DNA of 32,000 nt from Sinorhizobium meliloti (GTDB lineage: Bacteria; Pseudomonadota; Alphaproteobacteria; Rhizobiales; Rhizobiaceae), in contig NZ_JAGIOS010000001.1 in assembly GCF_017876815.1 (NCBI RefSeq), forward strand, positions 1,110,001 through 1,142,000. The letters are read 5' to 3'. Below are positions 1-7,751 of the stretch, one piece after another. How positions within the stretch are numbered: the first letter of the stretch is position 1; each line of letters starts with the position of its first letter. A program made the translations under genes and the position numbers. The notes under the pieces are model-generated. The model was given only the letters and a program-made list of their open reading frames with translations, ran no database searches and was not told the origin of the DNA.

Positions 1-39
1 GCGTGCGGTTTTCCGCCTTCTTCTCGAACAGCCCGGCAC

Positions 40-1200
40 CTATGGCACATCCAGTTCGAGTTCCTCGGCCGACATCCGTCGTGCAAGAAATCCGGCAAAC
101 GGCCGCGAAAGAAGGAGCGGGAGGGTCCATGACTGGATGCGCAGGCCGAGCTTGCTTTCCGGTACGAAATGGCCACCGATGCGGCGCGACGTGGCCTGCA
201 TCCTCGTGACCATCGGTTTCAGGCGGGATTCGTAGGCCTCGAATGCCTGAGCATGCGGCTTTGCCGCCAATTCCGACGCGAGAATCCAGGCGCCGGCTAA
301 TGCGGTGGACGTTCCCTGACCGGACAGAAAGGTCAAACACCAGGCGGCATCTCCCAGAAGCACCACGCGGCCGCTCGACCATCGGGGCACCTCGATTTGT
401 GCAATCGTATCGAAGAAACCCCGCTGCCAGTCGACCGGCGTCGAGAGCGCCAGCGAAACGGGATGAGACCATTGGCCGAAGCGCTCCATCAGCGTCTTCT
501 GCCGCGCCTCCGGAGCCACGCGCCCGGTCGAGGAATCGCGCCAGCAGAACAGGGTCGCGGCAGTTCCGTCGCCAACCTCGTAGAGCCCGCCCTGGTGATC
601 GACGTCCATCATGCCGACGAAGCTGGAGTCGAGCGGAGTGGCTAGCGGCATTCGCCATGCGGCCGCGCGAAAACCCAGAGGCCTCAGAAAGGTCTCATGC
701 GGGCCGAAACACATCTGGCGGATCGCGCTGCGCCAGCCATCCGCTCCCACGACGATGTCGAAGCTTTCCGTCGAGCCTGTCGACAGCACGACATCGACAC
801 CGTCTTCCCTGTTTGCGAGCGCGGTCACCGTCGTCCCGTATCTCAGATCGGTGCGATCCCCGACGGCCTCGAGCAGGACGTCCTGTACGGCGTCCCGCAT
901 GATGGAAAACATCTTGCCGTTCACCGCCCGCGTCAGAGCATGATAACTATAGGAGAAGAGGCGCCGGCCCTCCGGGCTGCGATATTCCGCCGTGCCCAGG
1001 GAAACGGCGCGCGCCCTGAACGCGTCGAGAAGGCCCAGCCGTTCCGCCGCGTTCCAGCCATTGACGTGAACACCTATCGCATAGCCGGCGGCGCGGTTCT
1101 GCTCGGCCCGTTCAACGACCACGGCCGTCATGCCATGTGCCCGCAGCGCTGCTGCGAGGGCGAGACCTGCCGGTCCCGCGCCGACGATCAGGATACGCAT
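40..1200 (-). CDS. FAD-dependent (class A flavoprotein) monooxygenase
   Basis: ORF 40..1338 trimmed to the ATG at 1198-1200. The resulting N-terminus MRILIVGAGPAGLALAAALRAHGMTAVVVER is a textbook GxGxxG...E FAD/NAD dinucleotide fold. A later GDAAW-type motif (VVLLGDAAWCLTFLSGQG) is typical of UbiH/salicylate-hydroxylase-like enzymes. It lies 11-25 nt downstream of the receptor gene on the same strand. Confidence 0.8.
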   Translation of the reverse strand: MRILIVGAGPAGLALAAALRAHGMTAVVVERAEQNRAAGYAIGVHVNGWNAAERLGLLDAFRARAVSLGTAEYRSPEGRRLFSYSYHALTRAVNGKMFSIMRDAVQDVLLEAVGDRTDLRYGTTVTALANREDGVDVVLSTGSTESFDIVVGADGWRSAIRQMCFGPHETFLRPLGFRAAAWRMPLATPLDSSFVGMMDVDHQGGLYEVGDGTAATLFCWRDSSTGRVAPEARQKTLMERFGQWSHPVSLALSTPVDWQRGFFDTIAQIEVPRWSSGRVVLLGDAAWCLTFLSGQGTSTALAGAWILASELAAKPHAQAFEAYESRLKPMVTRMQATSRRIGGHFVPESKLGLRIQSWTLPLLLSRPFAGFLARRMSAEELELDVP

Positions 1201-1225
1201 GGTTTCTGCTTTCAGAACTTGAAGC

Positions 1226-3211
1226 TCACACGGCCGCCGAAGGCGCGCCGGTGCCAAGCTGATAGAGATTCCCGTAGGTTGCTTCGGTGAAGCCGTAGAC
1301 CGCATACGTCTCGTCGAAGACGTTGTTGACGAACACATCGGCGACCACCTGCTCGCTCACTTTCCAGCTCAGGCCAAGATCGACCAGGAAGAACCCCTTC
1401 TGGCCAATGGTATTGGTTTCGTCGAAGAACACTGATCCGGCATAGGTCATTCCCGCCCGGGGAATGAGCTGTCCCCAGCCTTCGGCCAGATCGAATGCGT
1501 AGTCCAGCGCGAGATTTGCCGTGAATTCCGGTGCGTAAGGCACCCGATTACCGGTGTAGTCGATGCCCGGATTCACCGAGTTCTCATATTTGGTGAACGT
1601 CGTGCGGTTGAGTCCGAGGCCTCCGGCGATGCCCAGCCGCTCGGTCGGATTGGCGCGGAAGGCGAGATTGATGCCCTTCGCGGTGACTTCGCCTGCGTTC
1701 TGAAGGTACTTCAGGTACACATCGCCGACGAACAGCTGATAGTCTTTCGTCACATTGTAGTAGGCTGAAAGCGACGCCTCCAGCGATCCGTCGAGCGCTC
1801 TGTACTTGATGCCGGTTTCGCCATTGTAGGTGTTCTGCGGATCGTAGGTGAAGGCGATGTTCTCGGGCGTCACATTGCGGGTGAATCCGCCGGCCTTGTA
1901 ACCCGTCGAGAACAGGCCATGCACGCGCCATTCGTCGTCAAGCGCGTAGCTCGCGCCGAGCTTGGGCGAGACGCCGCCGAAGCTGCGCTCACCGGCGATC
2001 GTCACGGCGCCGTCGGCACGCGCCCTTGCCTTTTCATAATCGAACCGGAGGCCCGGCGAGATGTCGAGCCTGTCCGTCGCATGCCACGCCAAGTCTCCGA
2101 ATATTGCATAGGAATCGATCGTCTGCTGCGAAACCTGACCGATCAGCGGGGTCCGCCGCTCGAAATCGAGACGCTGCCCGTATACGCCAACCACATAGTC
2201 GAGCGCGTTGCCGAGTTCCGGATCGGAAGCGATACGCAATTCCTGGCTGAATGTCGTCTGGTCCTCGGGCGTCTGAAAACCGAGCGTGGTGCGGTCGAGC
2301 TTACGATCCTGATAGCCGGTCAGCGCCGTGATGGTGGCGAAGTCAAGGTCGTAGGACGCATTGACCCCGAAACTGGCGGTGTCCAGCCGGTAGCGTGAGT
2401 CGATAGGCAGTGCGATGCGGTCGTTGAACATCGATTCCATGACGAATTGCTCTTCGGTAGAATCGACGCGGCCGCGCTGGGTGCTCACCATGACATCCAG
2501 CGGGCTGTCATCGGGCGCGTAGCGCAGGCGGATGCGGCCGTTCAGGTCATCGGTTCCGCCGATCTCCTGTCCGCTGCCCAATAAGGTGTACTGGTCGGCC
2601 TCCCGTCGGAAGGTCAGGGCCGCGTCACCGTATATCACCCCGTCGATGATCGGCGTATTGAGCAGCAGGCTGGCGTCTCCTCCCTGCGTGTGCAGCGCCC
2701 CGGCGGTATCGACACGCAATTCATTGTCAGGTTTGCGCGTCACCACGTTGATGACCCCGCCGATCGCGCCGCGACCATAGAGCGTGCCTTGCGGCCCGTA
2801 GAGGAGTTCGACGCTGTCCAGACCGGCCGGGAGCAACTGGCTGAAGATCGAGGGGTCCTGGGGGAGGCCATCGACATAAAGCTGGACGCTCGGCTCATAG
2901 TAATCGACCGAGGACTGCCCACGAACGGTGACGTTGGTATAGGCGCGGTTGGAGCGGGACCGGATGTTGGTATCGACAAAAGCCCTGTCCAGTTCGCCGG
3001 CGCTGGCAATCCCTCGATCCTGCAATTCCTGCGCCTCGACGATCGCGACCGTGGCCGGCACCTCGAACGCTTCCTGCACGCGCTTCGTGGCCGTGACCGT
3101 AATAGGTTCCAGAACGGTGGTCTCCTCTTTCTGCTGCGCGCCGGCAATGCCGGGCCAGGCGAGAGAGGAAAGCGCCAAGACGGATGCGCTGGCGAGAAGG
3201 GTTCGGCTCAT
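1226..3211 (-). CDS. TonB-dependent (siderophore-type) outer-membrane receptor; C-terminal frameshift suspected
   Basis: ORF 1226..3994 trimmed to the ATG at 3209-3211, with AGGAG 9 nt upstream. Signal peptide MSRTLLASASVLALSSLAWPGIAGA. TonB-box-like TVLEPITVTATK. Plug motif LYGPQGTLYGRGAIGGVINVVTRKP. Long beta-barrel region with NVFDETY near the end. In this frame the protein ends ..GTGAPSAAV*. The canonical terminal strand RAFGGRVSFKF* is readable in the -1 frame and ends at 1212. Confidence 0.85.
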   Translation of the reverse strand: MSRTLLASASVLALSSLAWPGIAGAQQKEETTVLEPITVTATKRVQEAFEVPATVAIVEAQELQDRGIASAGELDRAFVDTNIRSRSNRAYTNVTVRGQSSVDYYEPSVQLYVDGLPQDPSIFSQLLPAGLDSVELLYGPQGTLYGRGAIGGVINVVTRKPDNELRVDTAGALHTQGGDASLLLNTPIIDGVIYGDAALTFRREADQYTLLGSGQEIGGTDDLNGRIRLRYAPDDSPLDVMVSTQRGRVDSTEEQFVMESMFNDRIALPIDSRYRLDTASFGVNASYDLDFATITALTGYQDRKLDRTTLGFQTPEDQTTFSQELRIASDPELGNALDYVVGVYGQRLDFERRTPLIGQVSQQTIDSYAIFGDLAWHATDRLDISPGLRFDYEKARARADGAVTIAGERSFGGVSPKLGASYALDDEWRVHGLFSTGYKAGGFTRNVTPENIAFTYDPQNTYNGETGIKYRALDGSLEASLSAYYNVTKDYQLFVGDVYLKYLQNAGEVTAKGINLAFRANPTERLGIAGGLGLNRTTFTKYENSVNPGIDYTGNRVPYAPEFTANLALDYAFDLAEGWGQLIPRAGMTYAGSVFFDETNTIGQKGFFLVDLGLSWKVSEQVVADVFVNNVFDETYAVYGFTEATYGNLYQLGTGAPSAAV

Positions 3212-4482
3212 GGGCGGGACTCCTGAACGGGTAAGGATGGGACGACGGCCGTCGACGAATGGCGCGGAAGGAGGATGGCGATGGATCGGGCGCGTCTCAG
3301 CGAGCGCCACGCGGCAAAAGCCAGGAGCAGGGCCGTTGCCGCGAACACGACGCCATAGCCGGCGTGCTGGGCGATGACGCCGGCAATCACTCCCATCGCA
3401 ACGGCGAGGGCCGCATCGAGGCTTTGCAGAACCGCAAAATCCGTCGCTGCCTGCTCGGTGTCGGACCAGTTCATCATCATCGCGTAGAGCGCGACAAAGG
3501 ACATCGCGACGGCGGCGGCCTGGACCAGCAGCAGGACAATGGCGGCGATGTCCCCCTGCCAGATGCCGAAGGCGAACAATGCGAGACCTGCAAATGCAAG
3601 AAGATTGACGGCGGCGAACGCAGCAAGCGTTCTTCCTGATCCGAATCGCTGGACGAGGGCGGCGCCGGCCAGCGCCCCGATGAGCCCGACCACAGCGCCA
3701 CCGGCGCCCCTGACCCAGCCGATCGTCGCCACAGGGAAGCCGATATCCACCATGAACGGGCTGAGCATCGACGTACCGAGGCGTACGCCGCATTGATAGA
3801 GGATAAGAAAGCCGATGCCGCCGACCAGCGGCCGGTTGGAAAGGACCGCGCGGAACCCTGGCCGCCCGCGCGGTCGGGACGCATGGCGTCCAATATGGGT
3901 AGCGGCGAGCGTCGGCAGCGTAAGCACCGCGATGAAGCTGGCCATTGCCCACATCGAAGCGGCCCATCCGGCATAGGCATAGATCGGCAGCCACAAACCG
4001 CTGCCGATCAGGAATCCAAGATAGCCGCCGCCGGTGCTTGCCCCGCTGGCCTTGCCGCGGGTCTCCTGCGTCGTGGCATGAACGGCGAGAGAATCGGTTG
4101 CAACGTCTTGGGTCGCGGCAACGAAAGCCATCGCGAGGAGAACAATGGAAAGCGACGGCAGATGGGTCTCAGGGGGAAGACGGGCCGCAACGCCGAAAAA
4201 GACGATCAGGGCAAGCTGGCAGACCAGGATCCAGTTGCGCTGTGTCCCAAACCTGTCGACAAGCGGAGCCCAGAGAAACTTGAGAGCCCAGGGCATTATC
4301 AGGATGGCGAGAAAGCCGATCCGGTCGAGCGACACACCGGTATCGCGCAATGCGACGGGGAGCGCCGTCTGCACCATGCTTCCCGTCGCGGACTGGGCAG
4401 CGTAAAGCCCGCTCAGCAATCCGAGAACGATGTAGGGCGTGGCCCGTGTGCTGTGTTCGGCTATTCCAGTCAAGTGCAGCAT
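3208..4482 (-). CDS. MFS permease of the AmpG/PAT family (RhtX/FptX-type siderophore permease candidate)
   Basis: 424 aa with about 12 hydrophobic segments. Motifs KFLWAPLVDRFG and AATQDVATDS match the AmpG/RhtX/FptX signature regions (KFLWSPLMDRY, SASQDIVFDA in E. coli AmpG, from memory). Its stop overlaps the receptor start (ATGA at 3208-3211). Confidence 0.75.
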   Translation of the reverse strand: MLHLTGIAEHSTRATPYIVLGLLSGLYAAQSATGSMVQTALPVALRDTGVSLDRIGFLAILIMPWALKFLWAPLVDRFGTQRNWILVCQLALIVFFGVAARLPPETHLPSLSIVLLAMAFVAATQDVATDSLAVHATTQETRGKASGASTGGGYLGFLIGSGLWLPIYAYAGWAASMWAMASFIAVLTLPTLAATHIGRHASRPRGRPGFRAVLSNRPLVGGIGFLILYQCGVRLGTSMLSPFMVDIGFPVATIGWVRGAGGAVVGLIGALAGAALVQRFGSGRTLAAFAAVNLLAFAGLALFAFGIWQGDIAAIVLLLVQAAAVAMSFVALYAMMMNWSDTEQAATDFAVLQSLDAALAVAMGVIAGVIAQHAGYGVVFAATALLLAFAAWRSLRRARSIAILLPRHSSTAVVPSLPVQESRP

Positions 4483-4518
4483 TCCTGTTCGGCGAACGGA
4501 TTACTGCAGTCGAAAAAA

Positions 4519-4547
4519 CTTGACTATTGCATTCAGGGTTTCCGATA
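4519..4547 (+). promoter_or_regulatory. Candidate sigma70 promoter (CTTGAC-N17-CCGATA) for the AraC gene, overlapped by a TGA-N9-TCA iron-responsive-operator-like box (4521..4535)
   Basis: CTTGAC at 4519-4524 equals the rhizobial -35 consensus. A 17-nt spacer is followed by CCGATA at 4542-4547. TGActattgcatTCA at 4521-4535 fits the RirA IRO pattern TGA-N9-TCA. It sits in the 108-nt divergent intergenic region between the MFS and AraC genes. Confidence 0.4.
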
Positions 4548-4590
4548 GTGCGATCCGGTCCGTTATTTTTGCGATGACACAGAATCCGGT

Positions 4591-5613
4591 ATGACATTCC
4601 ATATCCAGCGCCGCACCCTGATCCAGTCCCAGTTGGAATCGGCCGCCTCGATCGGCGTCGATCCCGCCGACGTGGCATCGGCGCAGCCGGTATCGGGCGG
4701 CCTTTGCAAGGTGTTCGGGATTCATGCCGGGCTGAATTTGACAGTCTTCGACGTCATCGCAGGAACAGCGCTGGGGGAGCCCGTGCGGAGCGCCCCTTGC
4801 TTGGCGATCGACATTCTGTTCAATGCAACCGGACGTGGATGGATATCGCCGCCGGACGGCGGAGAAGACCTGTCCATACCCTACCGGCGGGGAATGATGT
4901 ATCTCACCTTCGCGCCCCACGGAGCCACGGGCAGATACGATGTTCCCGCGGGAGCACGGTTTCATGGAATCGACATACGCATTGGGCTCGATTTCCTGGA
5001 GCGCTTGGGATGGCTCGGGGCCTTCGCCGTCCTGACCCGAGGGCATCCGCACCATGTCGCTTCCTGCGGCGCCTGCTGGATCGGCGCGCTATCTCTGCCG
5101 GAGCGCATCGCAGGACAGGCGAAAAGCCTGCTCGACAGCAGTCTTTTGAACGAGAACGATCTGGCGATGGAGGCGCGTTGCCTCGACATCATCGACGCTG
5201 CGATCGCCTGCGTGTCCTCGCCGGCTCCGCTTCCGGCGCCGACCAATCGCGACCGCCGCCGTATCGAGGCCGCTCGCGATATCTTGCTCGATGATCTTTC
5301 CCGGACATGGACCATCGCAGAACTGGCCCGGAGATGCGGTCTCAGCGAAAAGCGGCTCAAGGCAGGATTCCAGAAGGAGTTCGGGAAGCCGGTCTATCGC
5401 TATCTTCAACTCGCGCGACTGACCGAAGCCAAGCGCATGTTGGCCGAGACGGACAGAAATGTGACGGAGATATCACTTGAAGTGGGCTACACCAGCACGA
5501 GCCATTTTGCGCGTGTATTTTTGAGAGAGTTCGGTGTCCTGCCGTCGGCGATCAAGTCGGAAACCCGTAATTCATCGAAAACTCGGCGCCATCTGATCCA
5601 AACAGCGTGGTGA
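4591..5613 (+). CDS. AraC-family transcriptional regulator (PchR/RhrA-like architecture)
   Basis: The C-terminal 100 aa carry the double-HTH AraC signature (WTIAELARRCGLSEKRLKAGFQKEFGKPVYRYLQLARLTEAKRMLAETDRNVTEISLEVGYTSTSHFARVFLREFGVLPSAIK). The roughly 230-aa N-terminal domain is a putative ligand-binding domain. The gene is divergent from the receptor/permease operon. Confidence 0.85.
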   Translation: MTFHIQRRTLIQSQLESAASIGVDPADVASAQPVSGGLCKVFGIHAGLNLTVFDVIAGTALGEPVRSAPCLAIDILFNATGRGWISPPDGGEDLSIPYRRGMMYLTFAPHGATGRYDVPAGARFHGIDIRIGLDFLERLGWLGAFAVLTRGHPHHVASCGACWIGALSLPERIAGQAKSLLDSSLLNENDLAMEARCLDIIDAAIACVSSPAPLPAPTNRDRRRIEAARDILLDDLSRTWTIAELARRCGLSEKRLKAGFQKEFGKPVYRYLQLARLTEAKRMLAETDRNVTEISLEVGYTSTSHFARVFLREFGVLPSAIKSETRNSSKTRRHLIQTAW

Positions 5614-5622
5614 TCAGACGAA

Positions 5623-5704
5623 GTGGGCGTCTTACACCGCCCTCATCAAAGGTGCGGCTGCCAGCGTCCGGAAATGGCTGGACGAACACGGAGTAAAGCC
5701 ATGA
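5623..5704 (+). pseudogene. hicA: 5'-truncated, frameshifted remnant of a HicA-family toxin gene
   Basis: One frame reads ..VLHRPHQ. The +1 frame continues KGAAASVRKWLDEHGVKP* and ends in a TGA that overlaps the hicB ATG (ATGA at 5701-5704). The HRPHP...VR.FL...GVKP C-terminus is what I recall for rhizobial HicA toxins. No start codon is present, and the roughly 50 N-terminal codons are missing because the AraC stop lies at 5613. Confidence 0.45.
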
Positions 5705-6035
5705 ACAATGTCGTCGAAATCAATGGCGAGAAGGCGGTTGTCGCTTTCGACCCCGAGATTCAGATGCTGCGCGGCGAGTTTGTCGGCCTGAATGGCGGTG
5801 CCGACTTCTATGCCGAAAGCGTCCACGATCGATCGAGGAAGGCCGTAGGTCACTGGACGTTTATCTCGAAATGTGCCGGGAAAAGGGCATCGAGCCACGC
5901 CGGAAATTCTCCGGCAAGTTCAATGTCCGCCTCGATCCCGAAGATCATGCCGCAGCGGCCGTCGCTGCCGCAGCAGCGGGCAAGAGCCTGAATGAATGGG
6001 TCATCGGAGCGATCAGGGAAGCCGCCGCTGAATAG
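5701..6035 (+). pseudogene. hicB: HicB-like (COG4226, RHH C-terminus) antitoxin gene interrupted by a frameshift near 5825-5835
   Basis: Frame 1 from the ATG at 5701 reads MNNVVEINGEKAVVAFDPEIQMLRGEFVGLNGGADFYAESVHD.. and then runs into nonsense up to 5991. The +2 frame from about 5826 reads SIEEGRRSLDVYLEMCREKGIEPRRKFSGKFNVRLDPEDHAAAAVAAAAAGKSLNEWVIGAIREAAAE* with its stop at 6033-6035. That is the conserved family C-terminus. The switch falls in the cgatcgatcg repeat. Confidence 0.7.
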
Positions 6036-6124
6036 CGGAGACGGGCGCTCGGCACTGGCAGATAGCGTCAAGAATGCTGGTGGCGAATAAAGGACTAACT
6101 CAGTGCCCACGCAGTGGACTGAAG

Positions 6125-6214
6125 TGGCGGACAGAGAGGGATTCGAACCCTCGATACGCTTTCACGTATACACGCGTTCCAGGCGTGCGCCTTCAACCAC
6201 TCGGCCACCTGTCC
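6125..6214 (-). tRNA. tRNA-Ser (anticodon GGA), 90 nt with long variable arm and encoded CCA
   Basis: The reverse complement reads GGACAGGTGGCCGAGTGGTTGAAGGCGCACGCCTGGAACGCGTGTATACGTGAAAGCGTATCGAGGGTTCGAATCCCTCTCTGTCCGCCA. It folds with a 7-bp acceptor stem, D-loop GAGTGGTTGAA, anticodon stem CACGC/GCGTG with loop CTGGAAC, an 18-nt variable arm, and a T-arm GAGGG-TTCGAAT-CCCTC. Confidence 0.93.
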
Positions 6215-6300
6215 ATCCTTCTGCAGCCGGCGGTCGATCCGGCTGGATGGGGAAAAGCGAAGCTTCTCCGCGTCACCGGTGAAACCGGGAGACGGGCGCG

Positions 6301-6329
6301 ATATATACCGATGATGCGCGCGGGATCAA
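6301..6329 (-). promoter_or_regulatory. Possible promoter for tRNA-Ser (TTGATC-N17-ATATAT on the minus strand)
   Basis: Read on the minus strand the sequence is TTGATC ccgcgcgcatcatcggt ATATAT, about 85 nt upstream of the mature tRNA 5' end. This is a pattern match only. Confidence 0.3.
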
Positions 6330-6443
6330 CTGGTTTCTGACATATTATTGACATGCCTTGAAAGGTGCTGCGGATGACCGGCCATTGCGCTTGCCCGCCC
6401 TTGCGCCTATCTCTTGCGCAGGACGAGCCGAAAGGGGGAGCGG

Positions 6444-6761
6444 ATGCGGTTGCTGCTGCGGTTTGCGAGCTTTCTGGCGCTGATGGCTGCGGTCTTTGCA
6501 GGGACGATCGATTCCATTCAGTCGGTAGCGGCGTCGGAGCCGGTCATCACTTCGCTTGCCGACGGCATAGCTGCGATCGGATCCGATCAACTGAACTGGG
6601 TTCAGTCGCTGCAGCGGACCGGAGCCGGGCCTGCAATGTGGCTCAGGGCGCTGCACTGGGTTCTGGCGCAGCCCGCCTTTGCCGTATTCCTCGCCCTCGC
6701 CCTCCTCCTGTGGATGGCCGGATACAGGAAGAAACCCGCTGCCGGGCGCTTTGCCGCCTGA
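6444..6761 (+). CDS. Small conserved-hypothetical membrane protein (105 aa)
   Basis: ATG at 6444 preceded by GGGGGAG. N-terminal signal/TM segment [20 protein letters not shown] and a C-terminal TM segment [19 protein letters not shown]3-rich codon usage like its neighbours. No function is recognisable. Confidence 0.55.
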   Translation: MRLLLRFASFLALMAAVFAGTIDSIQSVAASEPVITSLADGIAAIGSDQLNWVQSLQRTGAGPAMWLRALHWVLAQPAFAVFLALALLLWMAGYRKKPAAGRFAA

Positions 6762-6813
6762 GCGCCGGAGCCGCACGGCTCGCTCCCATGAGCGCTGACG
6801 AAAGGAGCCTCAG

Positions 6814-7467
<654 letters not shown>

Positions 7468-7517
7468 CCCCTCCGCGGCGCGCGAAGCCGACGCTCTCGA
7501 CATGCCTACGATCTAAT

Positions 7518-7549
7518 GGGGTGCGGACCTATGTCCGCTCCCCTTTTTT
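7518..7549 (+). terminator. Rho-independent terminator after msrA
   Basis: GGGGTGCGGAC-ctat-GTCCGCTCCCC (11-bp stem, one mismatch) followed by TTTTTT at 7544-7549. A weaker second hairpin with a T6 run follows at 7569-7599. Confidence 0.75.
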
Positions 7550-7751
7550 GCGCCGTGAGCCGCCTCCGCCGGCCATTTCAGCGGCCGGACTGCTTTTTTA
7601 CCATCCGAAAAAATTTGGATGTTTTTTTGCCGAAGCCGTGCAAGGATGCGCCCACCCAAGCCTTAAAGAGAGGGGCGGGTTCCGCGGTGGGGGCCCCGTT
7701 CGGGACCGGCGGAAGACCCGAAAAGATCAATAGCGACAACAGGGCTTTACA

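Noticed and set aside
1226-3994. Long N-terminal extensions of real genes in the ORF track: 1226..3994, 40..1338, 13516..15201, 15789..16700, 9109..10005, 12435..13232, 24407..25825, 30165..31235 and 29687..30217.
   Set aside because: The extensions overlap upstream genes, are Arg/Pro-rich nonsense and lack RBSs. Internal starts give canonical N-termini (signal peptides, Rossmann folds, HTHs) with Shine-Dalgarno sequences or ATGA coupling.
5623-5991. 122-aa ORF taken at face value as an intact protein.
   Set aside because: Its first 26 codons are the hicA remnant read in the wrong frame from a GTG. Its last ~80 codons are out-of-frame nonsense (..RSRKAVGHWTFISKCAGKRASSHAGNS..), while the conserved HicB C-terminus is in the +2 frame.
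6036-6124. Search for an att-type direct repeat of the tRNA-Ser 3' end that would delimit an integrated island. tggtggcgaataaagga near 6078 weakly resembles tggcggacagagaggga.
   Set aside because: The similarity is short and gapped. I found no convincing second copy of the tRNA 3' end and no integrase gene within the window. A whole-genome search would be needed.
6074-6340. 88-aa plus-strand ORF.
   Set aside because: It is the antisense read-through of the tRNA-Ser gene and its flanks.
7616-7631. TGGATGTTTTTTTGCC upstream of the BMP gene as a third copy of the TGGTA-T7-GGYAT operator.
   Set aside because: Both half-sites deviate (TGGAT-G, GCC instead of GGYAT), so only the T-run is really shared. 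It may be coincidental in an A/T-rich tract.
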